Program-made: the position numbers and the translations under genes
NCBI GenBank assembly: GCA_963809485.1
Contig: CAWEJX010000015.1
Location: 128,001 to 192,000 of the forward strand
Direction of reading: 5' to 3'
From: an uncultured Acidobacteriota bacterium
Lineage (GTDB): Bacteria > Acidobacteriota > UBA6911
DNA length: 64,000 nucleotides
Notes under the pieces: model-generated
Databases searched by the model: none
What the model was told of the DNA's origin: nothing
What the model saw: only the letters and a program-made list of their open reading frames with translations
In this document: in pieces, positions 11,824-21,943 of the stretch
Layout: each line of letters starts with the position of its first letter
How positions within the stretch are numbered: position 1 is the first letter of the stretch

Positions 11824-13467
11824 TTACCGAGTAGGCGTCGCCGTGCTTATGTCTTGTACCGATTTGCAGCGAACATAAATTGACGCACCAGGATTGTCGT
11901 AGATTATTGAATAATTTGGATTTGCAGAGATCGACCCCCTCAGAAAAGAGCAGCAGTCTTCCGGGCGTCCGCTCTCGAATGATTTAGCCGAATAGGGCAT
12001 GGCTCTCCTCTTCACAACGTAGATATGCGTAGCAGCCCCAGGGGATCTTTGAAGCCATCGATCCAGGCAGCTGACGCCCTCCTGCGCACACAAAATTAGC
12101 TGTCTGTTCTGACTGACCCTACCCGCGAATTCCCCACCTGGCAGCCATTCGGTTCCCTGCACCGTACCAATGCTGTGACGCTTCGCGAGTGTTGGCAACC
12201 ATTCCGATGACCGGTCAACCGACCAAAGCTCCGAGGTCACAACCAGGAAATTGCTGGAAGCCGGTGTGTTCTGAGAAACCCATCTCATTGCTGCCCGCTC
12301 ATCTTCCGATAGGAAGGATAGCGTATATGTGGATGCTCCGAGACAGGACAAGAATGCGTAGATACCCAATATTAGCATAGCCCATCCGGCTATTTTTTTG
12401 CGCCTGAGTGAACCGGCAGCATTTACATCATCCGTGGAATCAACAGCTTCCACGCCGACAAGCACAGGCCAGAGGACATTTATGGCACCCATTCCGCCAA
12501 GCAATGCTAATGGCACCGCGCCTGTCGTAGTCGGCACCCACCCGTCAAGCGCAAAGGTCGCAAAAACCCAGGCCGGCAACCAGAACTCGCGCCTGAAAAG
12601 ACAGATCAAGACTCCCAGGATAGCGACAAATGCCAAAATGGGTACGAAGGGTTCGCCGGTACCTCCGGATAGGAGAAGCCATCCCAACCCTCCGGCAATT
12701 GACCAACCGTGGTTCGTGCTAGCCATATAGGGCGCCAATCCATGTCTGGAGAGCACCAAAATCCACCATGGGCTGGTTACGACAATCACACCAATACCGA
12801 CAATTAACGAGTTGACAATACTCCGGATATTACGCCCCAAAAACAGAAGCATTAACGCTGCGCTGTATGCAACAAACCATGACATTTGCGGGTGACTGAG
12901 CACAACACCAGAAGAGAAAATAGCAGCCCATATCAGATCTTTTTTCCGGCCTGACGCGTACATCAGATAAATCGACCTCAGCGACAAAATGGCCAAGAGA
13001 AAGCCCACGGATCGCGTCAAACCTCCGCCCATCAGCATCCAGTGAATGGGCTCGGGCAAAAGCGCACATATCAAAGTTGCCGAAAGCACAGTCCATTCCG
13101 AGTGCAGAATGACACGGGCGAATGCGTAGAATGCCACTATCGTCAACATGCTTATTGTAAAGGGCAGCCATCGCAGGATCTCTTCCAACGGCCATTGAAA
13201 CAGCGATTGAATGGCAGCAGAAAGATAAAGCGCCAGCGGCGGATAGGCGAAAGGAATCTTCATTCCGTTATATGAAGTGAAGGCAGGCAATTCAAAATGT
13301 GATGCCTGCAGATCCCGAACCATAGCAAAGAACATTCCGCCGTCCATCAATGGGAAATTGGATGATTGGAGCGGCAGAATACGAACAGCTGCTCCAACGC
13401 ATAGCGCGATGGCCAGAACAGCCATTTTCGTGGATTCAGTAATCGGCGGATCCTTTTCTAGGCGCAT
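11824..13467 (-). CDS. Polytopic GT-C-like glycosyltransferase, paralog of the upstream gene (ORF track start 13545)
   Basis: FPLMDGGMF...TSYNG..IPFAYPPLA, MGGGLTRS, SHP, EWLP..AKR.S..TVQG.EWL; more than 10 TMs plus a C-terminal soluble domain. Confidence 0.75.
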   Translation of the reverse strand: MRLEKDPPITESTKMAVLAIALCVGAAVRILPLQSSNFPLMDGGMFFAMVRDLQASHFELPAFTSYNGMKIPFAYPPLALYLSAAIQSLFQWPLEEILRWLPFTISMLTIVAFYAFARVILHSEWTVLSATLICALLPEPIHWMLMGGGLTRSVGFLLAILSLRSIYLMYASGRKKDLIWAAIFSSGVVLSHPQMSWFVAYSAALMLLFLGRNIRSIVNSLIVGIGVIVVTSPWWILVLSRHGLAPYMASTNHGWSIAGGLGWLLLSGGTGEPFVPILAFVAILGVLICLFRREFWLPAWVFATFALDGWVPTTTGAVPLALLGGMGAINVLWPVLVGVEAVDSTDDVNAAGSLRRKKIAGWAMLILGIYAFLSCLGASTYTLSFLSEDERAAMRWVSQNTPASSNFLVVTSELWSVDRSSEWLPTLAKRHSIGTVQGTEWLPGGEFAGRVSQNRQLILCAQEGVSCLDRWLQRSPGAATHIYVVKRRAMPYSAKSFESGRPEDCCSFLRGSISANPNYSIIYDNPGASIYVRCKSVQDISTATPTR

Positions 13468-13483
13468 ATCACCGGTTTTAGCA

Positions 13484-15155
13484 TTAAGAGCGACGGTAGA
13501 TAACTGCGCCGTCGCCTTCATAGATAAGTGCGTATCTCCCTGCATTAGAAAGCGAGTTGATCAATGCTTTGCAGCAATCGCCAGATTGCGCCGTCCAGAT
13601 CGTGGCTGCAGCAGATCTGCGCTTGGGGATATATATATATTCAACATTTGTATCCGATTGCTCTAACCAGGAATCCAGACACGTTGAGCCGATTGCAGCA
13701 CATTTCTCCAATTCTTCGTGCCGTCTTATTAGAGTGGCAAAACGATTTCCACCCAACCACTCTGAACCCTGGACCGTGCTGATATTCTTGCGTTGGGCGA
13801 TCACAGGAAACCATTCACCGGATCGGTCAGCCGCCCAAAATTCGGACGGTATAGTCACAAAGACTGCATCCGATGGCGTGTTCTCCGCGATCCACGCCAT
13901 AGCCTCACGTTCCGACCTCGGCAAAGGAGCAAGCAGTCCGGCGTTTCCATTTATTGCGGAAAATACGAGATAGCAGATGACAGCAGCATATGCGAAGAAC
14001 CCAATTGAATCGAAAGAAGCTGCTTTTGCAGCTGCGGCATCGTTCTTGAGAAAAACTGGCGCATTTATAGGTCCATCAATAAGGCCTGCAAAATAAACCG
14101 ATAATCTTTCAAGGCCGAGTGCCATCAACAGAGCCAACGCCGCTGTTGATGTTGTATAGGCACTCCTCAAATCCAACAGGAATGCCGCCACGATCCAGAC
14201 AGGAAGAAGAGCTTTCTTCTTGGCCAAAGAACTAATCATTCCGATCGCAGCCAGAAGAGCTGAAAACGGTATCAATTCCTCAGGAGAAGGGCCCTGAACC
14301 AATAATCTAGATATCCCATCCAGACCTGACCAGCCGGGAGCGGCGGCAGATAAAAAAGGTCTTATCCCATGGTAGTACAAAATCATCCCCCACCATAGGG
14401 ATGCCACTATTGCCGCACCGAGTCCAAGCATTACAACCTTTCTTAGATCCCTCAAATTTCGGATATAGAAAACTGAAAAAATTGCAGTCGTGTAAGCCAC
14501 ATAATATGCCATCTCCGGATGCGAAAGCGCAGTAAGGCCGCCAAATGCCATCGCATATAGGAAATGACGCCGGCTTCGGCATCTGAACAAAAAGTAAATA
14601 TGGCGAATCGCAAAAAGCGCGAAGAAAAAGCCAAGCGATCGGGTTAGGCCTCCTCCCATAATCAGGTATAGCGTACTCCTTGGAAGAAGCGCGAAAAAAA
14701 TCACAGCCCACCCGGCAACGAGCTCCCTTCGGGAAAAATGCCAAAGCCAATGAATAAAAAGCGGGAATGCAAAGAAGATTTATAAAAAATGGCAAGAACC
14801 TGAAAATAGAGAGCAGATCCCACTGAGTCAGGCTTTGAAGAATTCCGGCCAGGTAGAAGGCCAGCGGCGGATAGGCGAAAGGTATGTTTGTTCCGTTATA
14901 GGAAGTAAAAAGCGGAAGGCGAAAATGGTTTGCCTGGAGCTCACGGACCATCGTGTAAAACAGCCCGCCATCATTGAGGGGAAAGTCGGTATTGAGCACA
15001 AAAGGCAACCGAACGGCAAGTCCCAGCAATACCGCAACCGAGAATATCAGATATCGATTTCGTTTTTCAGACTGCATTTCGAATATGGCGATCTTTTGCA
15101 TTGAAAAATCAGGCAGGCTCAACATTGAGGCAGCATCCTGTAGCCTGAAATTCAT
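13484..15155 (-). CDS. Polytopic GT-C-like glycosyltransferase; one apparent indel near 14727 (start may be 15077)
   Basis: ORF 14307..15155 (FPLNDGGLF..IPFAYPPLA) and ORF 13484..14704 (MGGGLTRS, SHPE, EWFP, TVQGSEWL) join into a full paralog of 11824..13467. Confidence 0.75.
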
Positions 15156-15406
15156 CCTCTATGCATATCGGATTTTGCGACAACAGACGGTGCAACCTTA
15201 TATCATAGAAACATTGGCATTTCCCGGAAAAAGGCAGGGGAAGAATTGACCGATGTAATAGCCTGCAATCGCCCCATTTCCCCCAGGTTGCCATCCAATT
15301 CCCCCGATTCATTAGAGCTGCCCTTGGCATTTTTTCGCCTGTCGCACAAGTTAGAGATATAATTTGTTCTCCACAATCCGATATATAGCTAAGGCCGGTA
15401 AAGCCT

Positions 15407-16579
15407 ATGATTTCCTATGGATTACATGGTGTGAATTTGGATCTCAACGGATTGAAATACCTGATTGTCGGGGCAGGTTTCTACGGCTGCACCATTGCCG
15501 AACGAATTGCGGAAGATAAGAAGCTAAAAGTTTTGGTAGTTGAAAAAAGAAACCATATTGGAGGAAACAGCTACTCAGAAATAGAGCCGGAAACCGGCAT
15601 CGAATGCCATAAATATGGCTCTCACATCTTTCACACCAAGTCATCTGAAGTCTGGCAATACCTTAACCGGTTCTGCTCATTTAACCACTACAGGCACAAG
15701 GTTTTATCCAGCTACAAGGGTCGGATGTACCCCATTCCGATAAACCTGCAGACAATTAATGCATTTTATGGTTCCTGCCTGACCCCCAGCCAGGCCAAAC
15801 AAATGGTTTTTGCTGAAGCGGAAGGAAAACTGCCTGAGCAGCAGGAGGGGATCGGGACCGCAGCCCTATCGGCTTTCGGAAGGTCACTATACGAAGCATT
15901 CATAGAGGGCTACTCTGCGAAACAATGGGGAATAGATCCATCTCAGCTTCCCAAGGCAACGCTTGACAGGCTGCCGATTCGCTTTAACTACAAAACCGAT
16001 TATTTTGATGATCGGTGGCAGGGGATTCCCATGGACGGCTATGGGAAGCTTTTCGCCTCCATTCTGAATCACAAAAACATCGATGTTATTCTGGGGGTCG
16101 ATTATTACCAGGTGAGTCATTTAGTTCCGAAGGACTGCTGCGTAATTTTTTCAGGGCCAATTGACAGATTTTTCAGCTATCGATATGGAGGGCTGAAATG
16201 GCGATCTATCAGGTTCGAGCAGGAAATACTGGACGTCGGCGACTACCAGGGCACCTCTGTCGTAAATTATCCGGAAGCCAGCGTCGCCTACACGCGTATT
16301 CACGAATATCGGCATTATCATGAGGAAAGATGCTATCCCGTTGATCAAACCGTAATTGCTAAAGAATATCCAATTAATTCGTTCAGCGGTGAAGATCCGT
16401 CCTACCCGGTGAATACTGACAGGGACAAGGAAATCTGCCGGCTTTACAAGGAACAGGCTCAATCGACTCCTAATGTGATTCTCGGAGGAAGGCTGGGAAG
16501 CTACTCCTACCTGAACATGGATGAAGCGGTTTTTCAAGCATTGCAGACATATAATTCATTTATAAAACAGAGGCCCTAA
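15407..16579 (+). CDS. glf: UDP-galactopyranose mutase
   Basis: IVGAGFYG, EKRNHIGGNSY, HKYGSHIFHT, YSAKQWG, YTRIHEYRH, GRLGSYSYLNMD. Confidence 0.95.
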   Translation: MISYGLHGVNLDLNGLKYLIVGAGFYGCTIAERIAEDKKLKVLVVEKRNHIGGNSYSEIEPETGIECHKYGSHIFHTKSSEVWQYLNRFCSFNHYRHKVLSSYKGRMYPIPINLQTINAFYGSCLTPSQAKQMVFAEAEGKLPEQQEGIGTAALSAFGRSLYEAFIEGYSAKQWGIDPSQLPKATLDRLPIRFNYKTDYFDDRWQGIPMDGYGKLFASILNHKNIDVILGVDYYQVSHLVPKDCCVIFSGPIDRFFSYRYGGLKWRSIRFEQEILDVGDYQGTSVVNYPEASVAYTRIHEYRHYHEERCYPVDQTVIAKEYPINSFSGEDPSYPVNTDRDKEICRLYKEQAQSTPNVILGGRLGSYSYLNMDEAVFQALQTYNSFIKQRP

Positions 16580-16633
16580 TAAAAGGATCAATCCGGCATC
16601 GCCGGGGCCGTGAGGTTTAGCGGAGGTCAACGG

Positions 16634-17344
16634 GTGACAGCCAAAAAGTCCCTCGCGATTGTAATGCCCGTGTATAACGAGAGTGCGTGTATTGCAAAGG
16701 TCGTTGAAGACTGGATCCAGGCATTGAACCAGTTAGGCATGGAATTTGAGTTTTTCATTCTGGATGATGGATCTACCGATAGCACCAGCAATGAGCTCGC
16801 CAGATTCCAGGGCGACAAGCGGGTAAAGGTTCTGCGCCACAGCAATAGGGGACATGGGCCAACCATCATGGCCGGCTACCTGCTTGCGTGCGAGTGCGCC
16901 GACTGGGTGTTTCAGACCGACAGCGATATGGAAATGGAATCGCGGCATTTCGCCGGTCTCTGGAACAGGCGCGAGAATTATGATGCGATTATGGCTGTAA
17001 GGAGCGGAAGGCGACAAGAAGCCTCAAGGCAAATCATCAGTTTCATTTCACGGCTAAGTGTCAAAATCCTTTATGGCTCCGGAGTAGTTGACGTCAATGT
17101 TCCCTATAGATTAATGCGCTCAGATGCACTTAAGCCAATTGTTGCGTGCATTCCACCAGACGTTTTCGCTCCCAATGTCATAATTTCCGGATTGCTATCG
17201 CTTGCTGGAGTAAGAATTCTGAATTTACATGTACCTCATGAGGGGAGGAAGACGGGAACCGTATCCATAGCCAGTTGGAGGCTTCTCAAGGGGGTATTCA
17301 GGTCTTTCTATGAGCTGATTTCAGTTCGTTTGAATTACAGATAA
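16634..17344 (+). CDS. DPM1-like GT2, candidate polyprenol-phosphate glycosyltransferase
   Basis: IVMPVYNE, LDDGSTD, NRGHG, QTDSD, DVNVPYRL; GGAGG RBS before GTG 16634. Confidence 0.85.
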   Translation: MTAKKSLAIVMPVYNESACIAKVVEDWIQALNQLGMEFEFFILDDGSTDSTSNELARFQGDKRVKVLRHSNRGHGPTIMAGYLLACECADWVFQTDSDMEMESRHFAGLWNRRENYDAIMAVRSGRRQEASRQIISFISRLSVKILYGSGVVDVNVPYRLMRSDALKPIVACIPPDVFAPNVIISGLLSLAGVRILNLHVPHEGRKTGTVSIASWRLLKGVFRSFYELISVRLNYR

Positions 17345-17376
17345 TCCCATGGGGAGGTTTGTTGAGGATAAGATAT

Positions 17377-18399
17377 CTATTTCACTTCAATGCGCTGCCA
17401 GTCGTCAAGAGCGCGCCAGCGGCCATTCAGCTCCGGCTCAAACACCTCCAGCTGGGTTTCGGTCTCATTGGCGCCAACGGTCTGCTTTTTCTCGACAATC
17501 CTGCGCACCGGCTTTAATCCTGCATTAGAGGAAGCTGGGCCTGGCCGTTCAAGGACTTCCGTGGTCTGCTGCCGGCCGTTTTTCATCGGATTTTGAACCA
17601 CAGTCACGCGGCTATCCAGATTGAACTTGCCCTCGATATTCGGCGCATATGTCTCGGACTGCCACTGGGTCCGGCCGGAGGCATCTTTGGACTCGGTTAT
17701 GCGGAGTTGCTGCGCCAGAGAAAAACGGTTGTTGACGTCGTATCGGTAAACCTGCTCTTCAGTGCTCGTTTGATTTTTCCCCAGGGTGCTTTGGCTTAAC
17801 CGGCGTTCTGCGGCCGTCCAGGAACCGCTTTGGCCGGGCACATATTTCGTCCGGTCGATCTCCACGGCCGCTTCCCCTTTGCGCTTCTCTATTTGCTGGA
17901 TCCGTTCCTGTTCGACCAGGGATCTGTTCGTTCCCGGAAGGAGCAGTGATCTGCTGATTTGGTAGGTATCCGCACCTGCAGGATTCACCTCCTGAACTTC
18001 CTGCTGCACGGGGCTGAAGCTACCGTTTAAATCCTTTCTGGACACAGTACGGACCGCGCGCACGCGGTCGCCGGGGAGTTTTTTGATTTCTTCCACGACT
18101 GTTTCCGTCAACTGGCGCCCGCCATTAGCCGAGGAATTGAATACCCGGCGCGTGATGCGGGTTGTCTGCGCATCGACTTTAACTTCCTCCTGCTCGATTT
18201 CTTTGGACGGACCGCTTTCATTCTGGATTGCGAGAGACCTTAATTTATGGGTTGAATATTTCACACCAGCCGTCTCACCTGAACCATTAAGCCACTGGAA
18301 GGGAGCGTCTTCATCCTTGGCCTGTGCGGAACCCCTGTCAGGCGCAATTGCAAAAATAAGTGCAGCACCCAGTAGCAATTGCATAGCCCATCTATTCAT
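17377..18399 (-). CDS. Secreted hypothetical protein with ~33-aa beta-hairpin-like repeats
   Basis: Signal peptide-like N-terminus (..IFAIAPDRGSAQA), AGAGG RBS, polar strand-like sequence with periodic xDxNG-type turns. Confidence 0.8.
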   Translation of the reverse strand: MNRWAMQLLLGAALIFAIAPDRGSAQAKDEDAPFQWLNGSGETAGVKYSTHKLRSLAIQNESGPSKEIEQEEVKVDAQTTRITRRVFNSSANGGRQLTETVVEEIKKLPGDRVRAVRTVSRKDLNGSFSPVQQEVQEVNPAGADTYQISRSLLLPGTNRSLVEQERIQQIEKRKGEAAVEIDRTKYVPGQSGSWTAAERRLSQSTLGKNQTSTEEQVYRYDVNNRFSLAQQLRITESKDASGRTQWQSETYAPNIEGKFNLDSRVTVVQNPMKNGRQQTTEVLERPGPASSNAGLKPVRRIVEKKQTVGANETETQLEVFEPELNGRWRALDDWQRIEVK

Positions 18400-18511
18400 C
18401 GCGGATTACCTCTTTTCATGATGGCTTTCCACAGCTGTTCGATCTTGATTATATATCCATAAACTCTTTTCCCACAGATCTCGAGATCCACTCCTATAGG
18501 TTTATTGCCTT

Positions 18512-18931
18512 CTAGCTCAGGACCTCAACCGATGAAGAGTCAGATATAGCCGGCATCCTGATGTCAAAAGTCACAAGCGTGGCGTTTTTCGCTCGTGCCA
18601 GAGCCAGCAGATTAACATCCATCACTTGTCTGTTTCCCAGGATTTTCTTCCACAAATCCAGAAACTGCCGGGAAACAGGCGAAGGCAGCAGATCCAAATA
18701 TGCATGTTTGGCATCCGCCACCATGCGGGAAAGGAGTCCGACAACTTCAGCAGGGCTTTTAGATACTCCCACTAAAGAAGAATTGGACGACAGACGCACA
18801 AATCCGAGCTCGGTCAGTGCACAGGTTGCCCATTTGCAGTCGTCGACATCCAATCTGCGCATCGCGGATTCATGAAATTGATGGTTTGGCCATGCGATCG
18901 CCAGCAGTACGTTCACGCCGAGCAGCAGCAA
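18512..18931 (-). CDS. vapC: VapC-family PIN toxin with first catalytic Asp replaced by Gly
   Basis: TTG start 1 nt after the antitoxin stop: MLLLGVNVLLAIAWPNHQFH..WATCALTELGFVRLSSN..QVMDVNLLALA..LVTFD. Confidence 0.85.
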   Translation of the reverse strand: MLLLGVNVLLAIAWPNHQFHESAMRRLDVDDCKWATCALTELGFVRLSSNSSLVGVSKSPAEVVGLLSRMVADAKHAYLDLLPSPVSRQFLDLWKKILGNRQVMDVNLLALARAKNATLVTFDIRMPAISDSSSVEVLS

Positions 18932-18932
18932 A

Positions 18933-19169
18933 TCAGAAGAGTCCTTCTTCATCAATAATTTCCTGGATGCGGGAGGCCGGAATGACAGGGGCATCCGGCG
19001 GAACTTCAAACACCGGAAGCCTTGATTTATCGCGACGGATTGCGGCACGCTGCTTCAGCCCTCTGCGCGCCAGCTCGGAAATAATTTTGCCCAAACGGCG
19101 TCCGGTTGACCGCGAGAGATGCATCGCCGCTTCATAGACATCCTGGTCAAGCGTTACAGTTGTCCTCAT
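18933..19169 (-). CDS. vapB: VapB-type antitoxin
   Basis: MRTTVTLDQDVYEAA..GRRLGKIISELARRGL; AGGAGA RBS; directly upstream of the PIN gene. Confidence 0.88.
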   Translation of the reverse strand: MRTTVTLDQDVYEAAMHLSRSTGRRLGKIISELARRGLKQRAAIRRDKSRLPVFEVPPDAPVIPASRIQEIIDEEGLF

Positions 19170-19241
19170 ATCTCCTAGTATGATAAGGTGATACGCCGAT
19201 GTCAATGCATCACATACCCCTCCGGCTGTTGCGGCCGGCGA

Positions 19242-20660
19242 TTAGGACGCCTGGCTAAAATCCACGGTCCGGGGGACTGCGCCGGAAATGGGCACATTGG
19301 TATCCGAGATATACAGGTTTTCCAGGGCGTCTTCCACCAGCTCACGTGTCAGGCGTATTTCTTTCCCCTGGTAACGGCACGATGCGATGGCATGCTCCAC
19401 GATAAATATTGGGTGAAAGCCGGCACATGGCAATCCGGTCCGCGGGTAGAAATCCTCTAGAAGGAATGCAAGCACTTCATCCGGCAGCGGCAGGCGATAG
19501 TTTCTGCAAACCCTCTGGAAAATGGTGACGTAATCCGTCATGGATGGGGGATCAATGCGAAGTTTGTATTTAACCCGTCTCAGCAATCCGGGATCCATGA
19601 GTTTTTCCGGGGGGAGGTTAGTCGAAAAAATCACCAGTTCGTCGAAGGGAACATCAAATTTTTTGCCTGTGTGGATCGTGAGATAGTCGACTCTTTTCTC
19701 CAGCGGGATAATCCAGCGGTTTAGCAAATCTTTGGGCTGGACCAACTGCCGGCCAAAATCATCGATAATAAAAATGCCGCCGATCGCCTTCACCTGAGGA
19801 GGCGCCTCGTAAAACTTTGACGTTTCGTCATAATCCAGATCGAGCATTTCCAGCGTGAGTTCTCCTCCCGTAATGACAACCGGACGGCGACATTTAACCC
19901 AGCGAGGATCCGGTCTTTTCCTGAGCAGATTTCTATAGTCCTGGCTATTATCCTCCTGGCTGGAAGGCAGCGGAACATGCACGGTCTGATCAAAAATACG
20001 AATAACCTGGCCGTCTACTTCAATACAATGCGGGATATATACGGGCTGCCGCAACACGCTCCCGACTGCCTCGCTGATCGAAGTCTTGCCGTTTCCAGGA
20101 GCGCCGTAAATCAAGAGGGATCGCCCTGAATTTATCGCAGGCCCAAGCCGGCGGACGATGCTCGATGGCAAAGTCAGGTGGGACAGGCAACGGGTCAGGT
20201 CATCCATGGAGATCTTTTCGTTGGTCAGGCTCTGCTTCTTGATCTGGCTTTGATAATGCGCCAGCGGCACAGGCGCGGGGCCTACATATTCGCACTGTTT
20301 AGTGGCCTCAATCGCCAGATCTTTGGCTGCATTGGTAAGCGAATAGCGCGCCACCCGAGAATCAGAGGCGCTGATGCCCCGGATTTCGATGAAACCCTGC
20401 TGCTTCAGCTTGCTCAAAAGATCATCCACTATCCCTTGGCTGAGCTTTAGCTGTGCAGCAATTTGAACGTTGGTCTCCAATCCAAGCATGTAAATGCTTT
20501 TATATAGAAGAGCGCTGACGAATTTGATGTTCAGTCCGGTTTCTTCCAGCTTGGTCGGCATGGGAGGGAAATCCTCCGGATTCACCACAGCTTGCGGGAG
20601 CTCGCTTATAGGTAAACTCATGGCTTGGGCGTGTCCTTTCCCACTACTCATCGGCCTCAC
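19242..20660 (-). CDS. AAA+ ATPase with N-terminal winged-helix-like domain (paralog of 45381..46661)
   Basis: P..LEETGL, YGAPGNGKT (Walker A), TGGELT, IFIIDDFGRQ (Walker B), LLNRWIIPLE, FSTNL, LLRR. Confidence 0.88.
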   Translation of the reverse strand: MRPMSSGKGHAQAMSLPISELPQAVVNPEDFPPMPTKLEETGLNIKFVSALLYKSIYMLGLETNVQIAAQLKLSQGIVDDLLSKLKQQGFIEIRGISASDSRVARYSLTNAAKDLAIEATKQCEYVGPAPVPLAHYQSQIKKQSLTNEKISMDDLTRCLSHLTLPSSIVRRLGPAINSGRSLLIYGAPGNGKTSISEAVGSVLRQPVYIPHCIEVDGQVIRIFDQTVHVPLPSSQEDNSQDYRNLLRKRPDPRWVKCRRPVVITGGELTLEMLDLDYDETSKFYEAPPQVKAIGGIFIIDDFGRQLVQPKDLLNRWIIPLEKRVDYLTIHTGKKFDVPFDELVIFSTNLPPEKLMDPGLLRRVKYKLRIDPPSMTDYVTIFQRVCRNYRLPLPDEVLAFLLEDFYPRTGLPCAGFHPIFIVEHAIASCRYQGKEIRLTRELVEDALENLYISDTNVPISGAVPRTVDFSQAS

Positions 20661-20894
20661 AAACTCTTGTATTCAGTAAAATTTCTGGCTGATTCGCAGG
20701 CAGGCCCTAAGCGCTGCCGGCATTGCTCAAAGATTGCCTCGGAGTTGATCTTGGGATATCATCGCGATCGCATATCATTTAGGGGACTCTTGCCGATATT
20801 AGATATTGTTTGCGCCGGTTGATAAGGTCCGTGCGCTCAGGTAATCATTAACGTTCGGCTGTTCATCGATTCGTACGCCGATACTTGGGTTGTT

Positions 20895-21935
20895 ATGTTC
20901 TGGAAAATCAGGAGAGACCCCACCTTACGCATGCGCGCCACAAGGCTCTACCTTGTGACGGTCATGGTTTGCGTCCTCATGCTTTTCTCCTTCAATGTCA
21001 TTTCACTCTACGAGCAGAACTATAGCGGGAAGGGACTTTCTCAAGAGATAGGGGAATGGAGCGCCTTAGACATATCCGCAAAACGGCAAGTCTATCTGAC
21101 CATATTTGCAATTATCATGTTCCTGTGGATCCTTGGCATCGTTCTCTTTCTTCTGATTCGTGTTTCGGGGGACATACGATGGTTCCAGCAGCGCGCGGAC
21201 TTCGTAAGCGGCGTCTCACACGAATTCAAGACACCGCTGAGTCTGATCCGGCTCTACAGCGAAACTCTGGCAAATGATGACAATGATTTTGCGCCGGAGG
21301 AGCGGAAAAATTACATCCGCATTATCAACCGTGAAAGCGAGCGAATGAGCCGGCTTATAGATAACGTGCTTGACTTTACCAAGATCGAGCAGGGCCGTGT
21401 CCGCCATGAACTGCAGGAGGGCGATCTGGCAGCGGCAGTCTCCCAGATCGTGGCTGACTACTCGGAGTACCTGGAGTGGCGGGGATTTTCTGTCAAAATG
21501 TCCATCTGGCCGAATATGCCATTAGTCAGGTTCAACGTCGAGCAGTTATCTCAGGCGCTTTTAAATCTTCTGGATAATGCGAGAAAATATTCCGGGAAAT
21601 CGCGTCTGATCCGGGTCAATCTCTGGGCGTTAGGGAACGAAGTGGTTGTCGAGGTTCAGGATAAGGGCTTAGGGATATCTGTTGAAGAGCAAACCAGGAT
21701 CTTCGAGCCCTTTTACCGGGCATCAAAAGGGAGTGAAAAAGGCGGCTGCGGTCTCGGGCTATACCTGGTCTCCGAGGTGATGAAGGAACATGGAGGAAGA
21801 ATCGAGCTGGAAAGCGAAGTGGACAATGGAAGCAGCTTCCGTCTCTTCTTCCCTGTCAGTCGGACCCAGCAGGAAAAGGCAAGGAAACAAAAAAGGGCGT
21901 TGTTGAACATAGTCAACACTGGACGGGAAGCTTAG
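20895..21935 (+). CDS. Sensor histidine kinase with 2 TMs and a short loop
   Basis: VSHEFKTPL H-box, NLLDNARKYS, VQDKGLGI, FEPFYR, GCGLGL. Confidence 0.93.
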   Translation: MFWKIRRDPTLRMRATRLYLVTVMVCVLMLFSFNVISLYEQNYSGKGLSQEIGEWSALDISAKRQVYLTIFAIIMFLWILGIVLFLLIRVSGDIRWFQQRADFVSGVSHEFKTPLSLIRLYSETLANDDNDFAPEERKNYIRIINRESERMSRLIDNVLDFTKIEQGRVRHELQEGDLAAAVSQIVADYSEYLEWRGFSVKMSIWPNMPLVRFNVEQLSQALLNLLDNARKYSGKSRLIRVNLWALGNEVVVEVQDKGLGISVEEQTRIFEPFYRASKGSEKGGCGLGLYLVSEVMKEHGGRIELESEVDNGSSFRLFFPVSRTQQEKARKQKRALLNIVNTGREA

Positions 21936-21943
21936 GTCTGATC

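Noticed and set aside
18512-19048. 178-aa extended PIN ORF
   Set aside because: The extension overlaps vapB; the PIN domain starts at TTG 18931.
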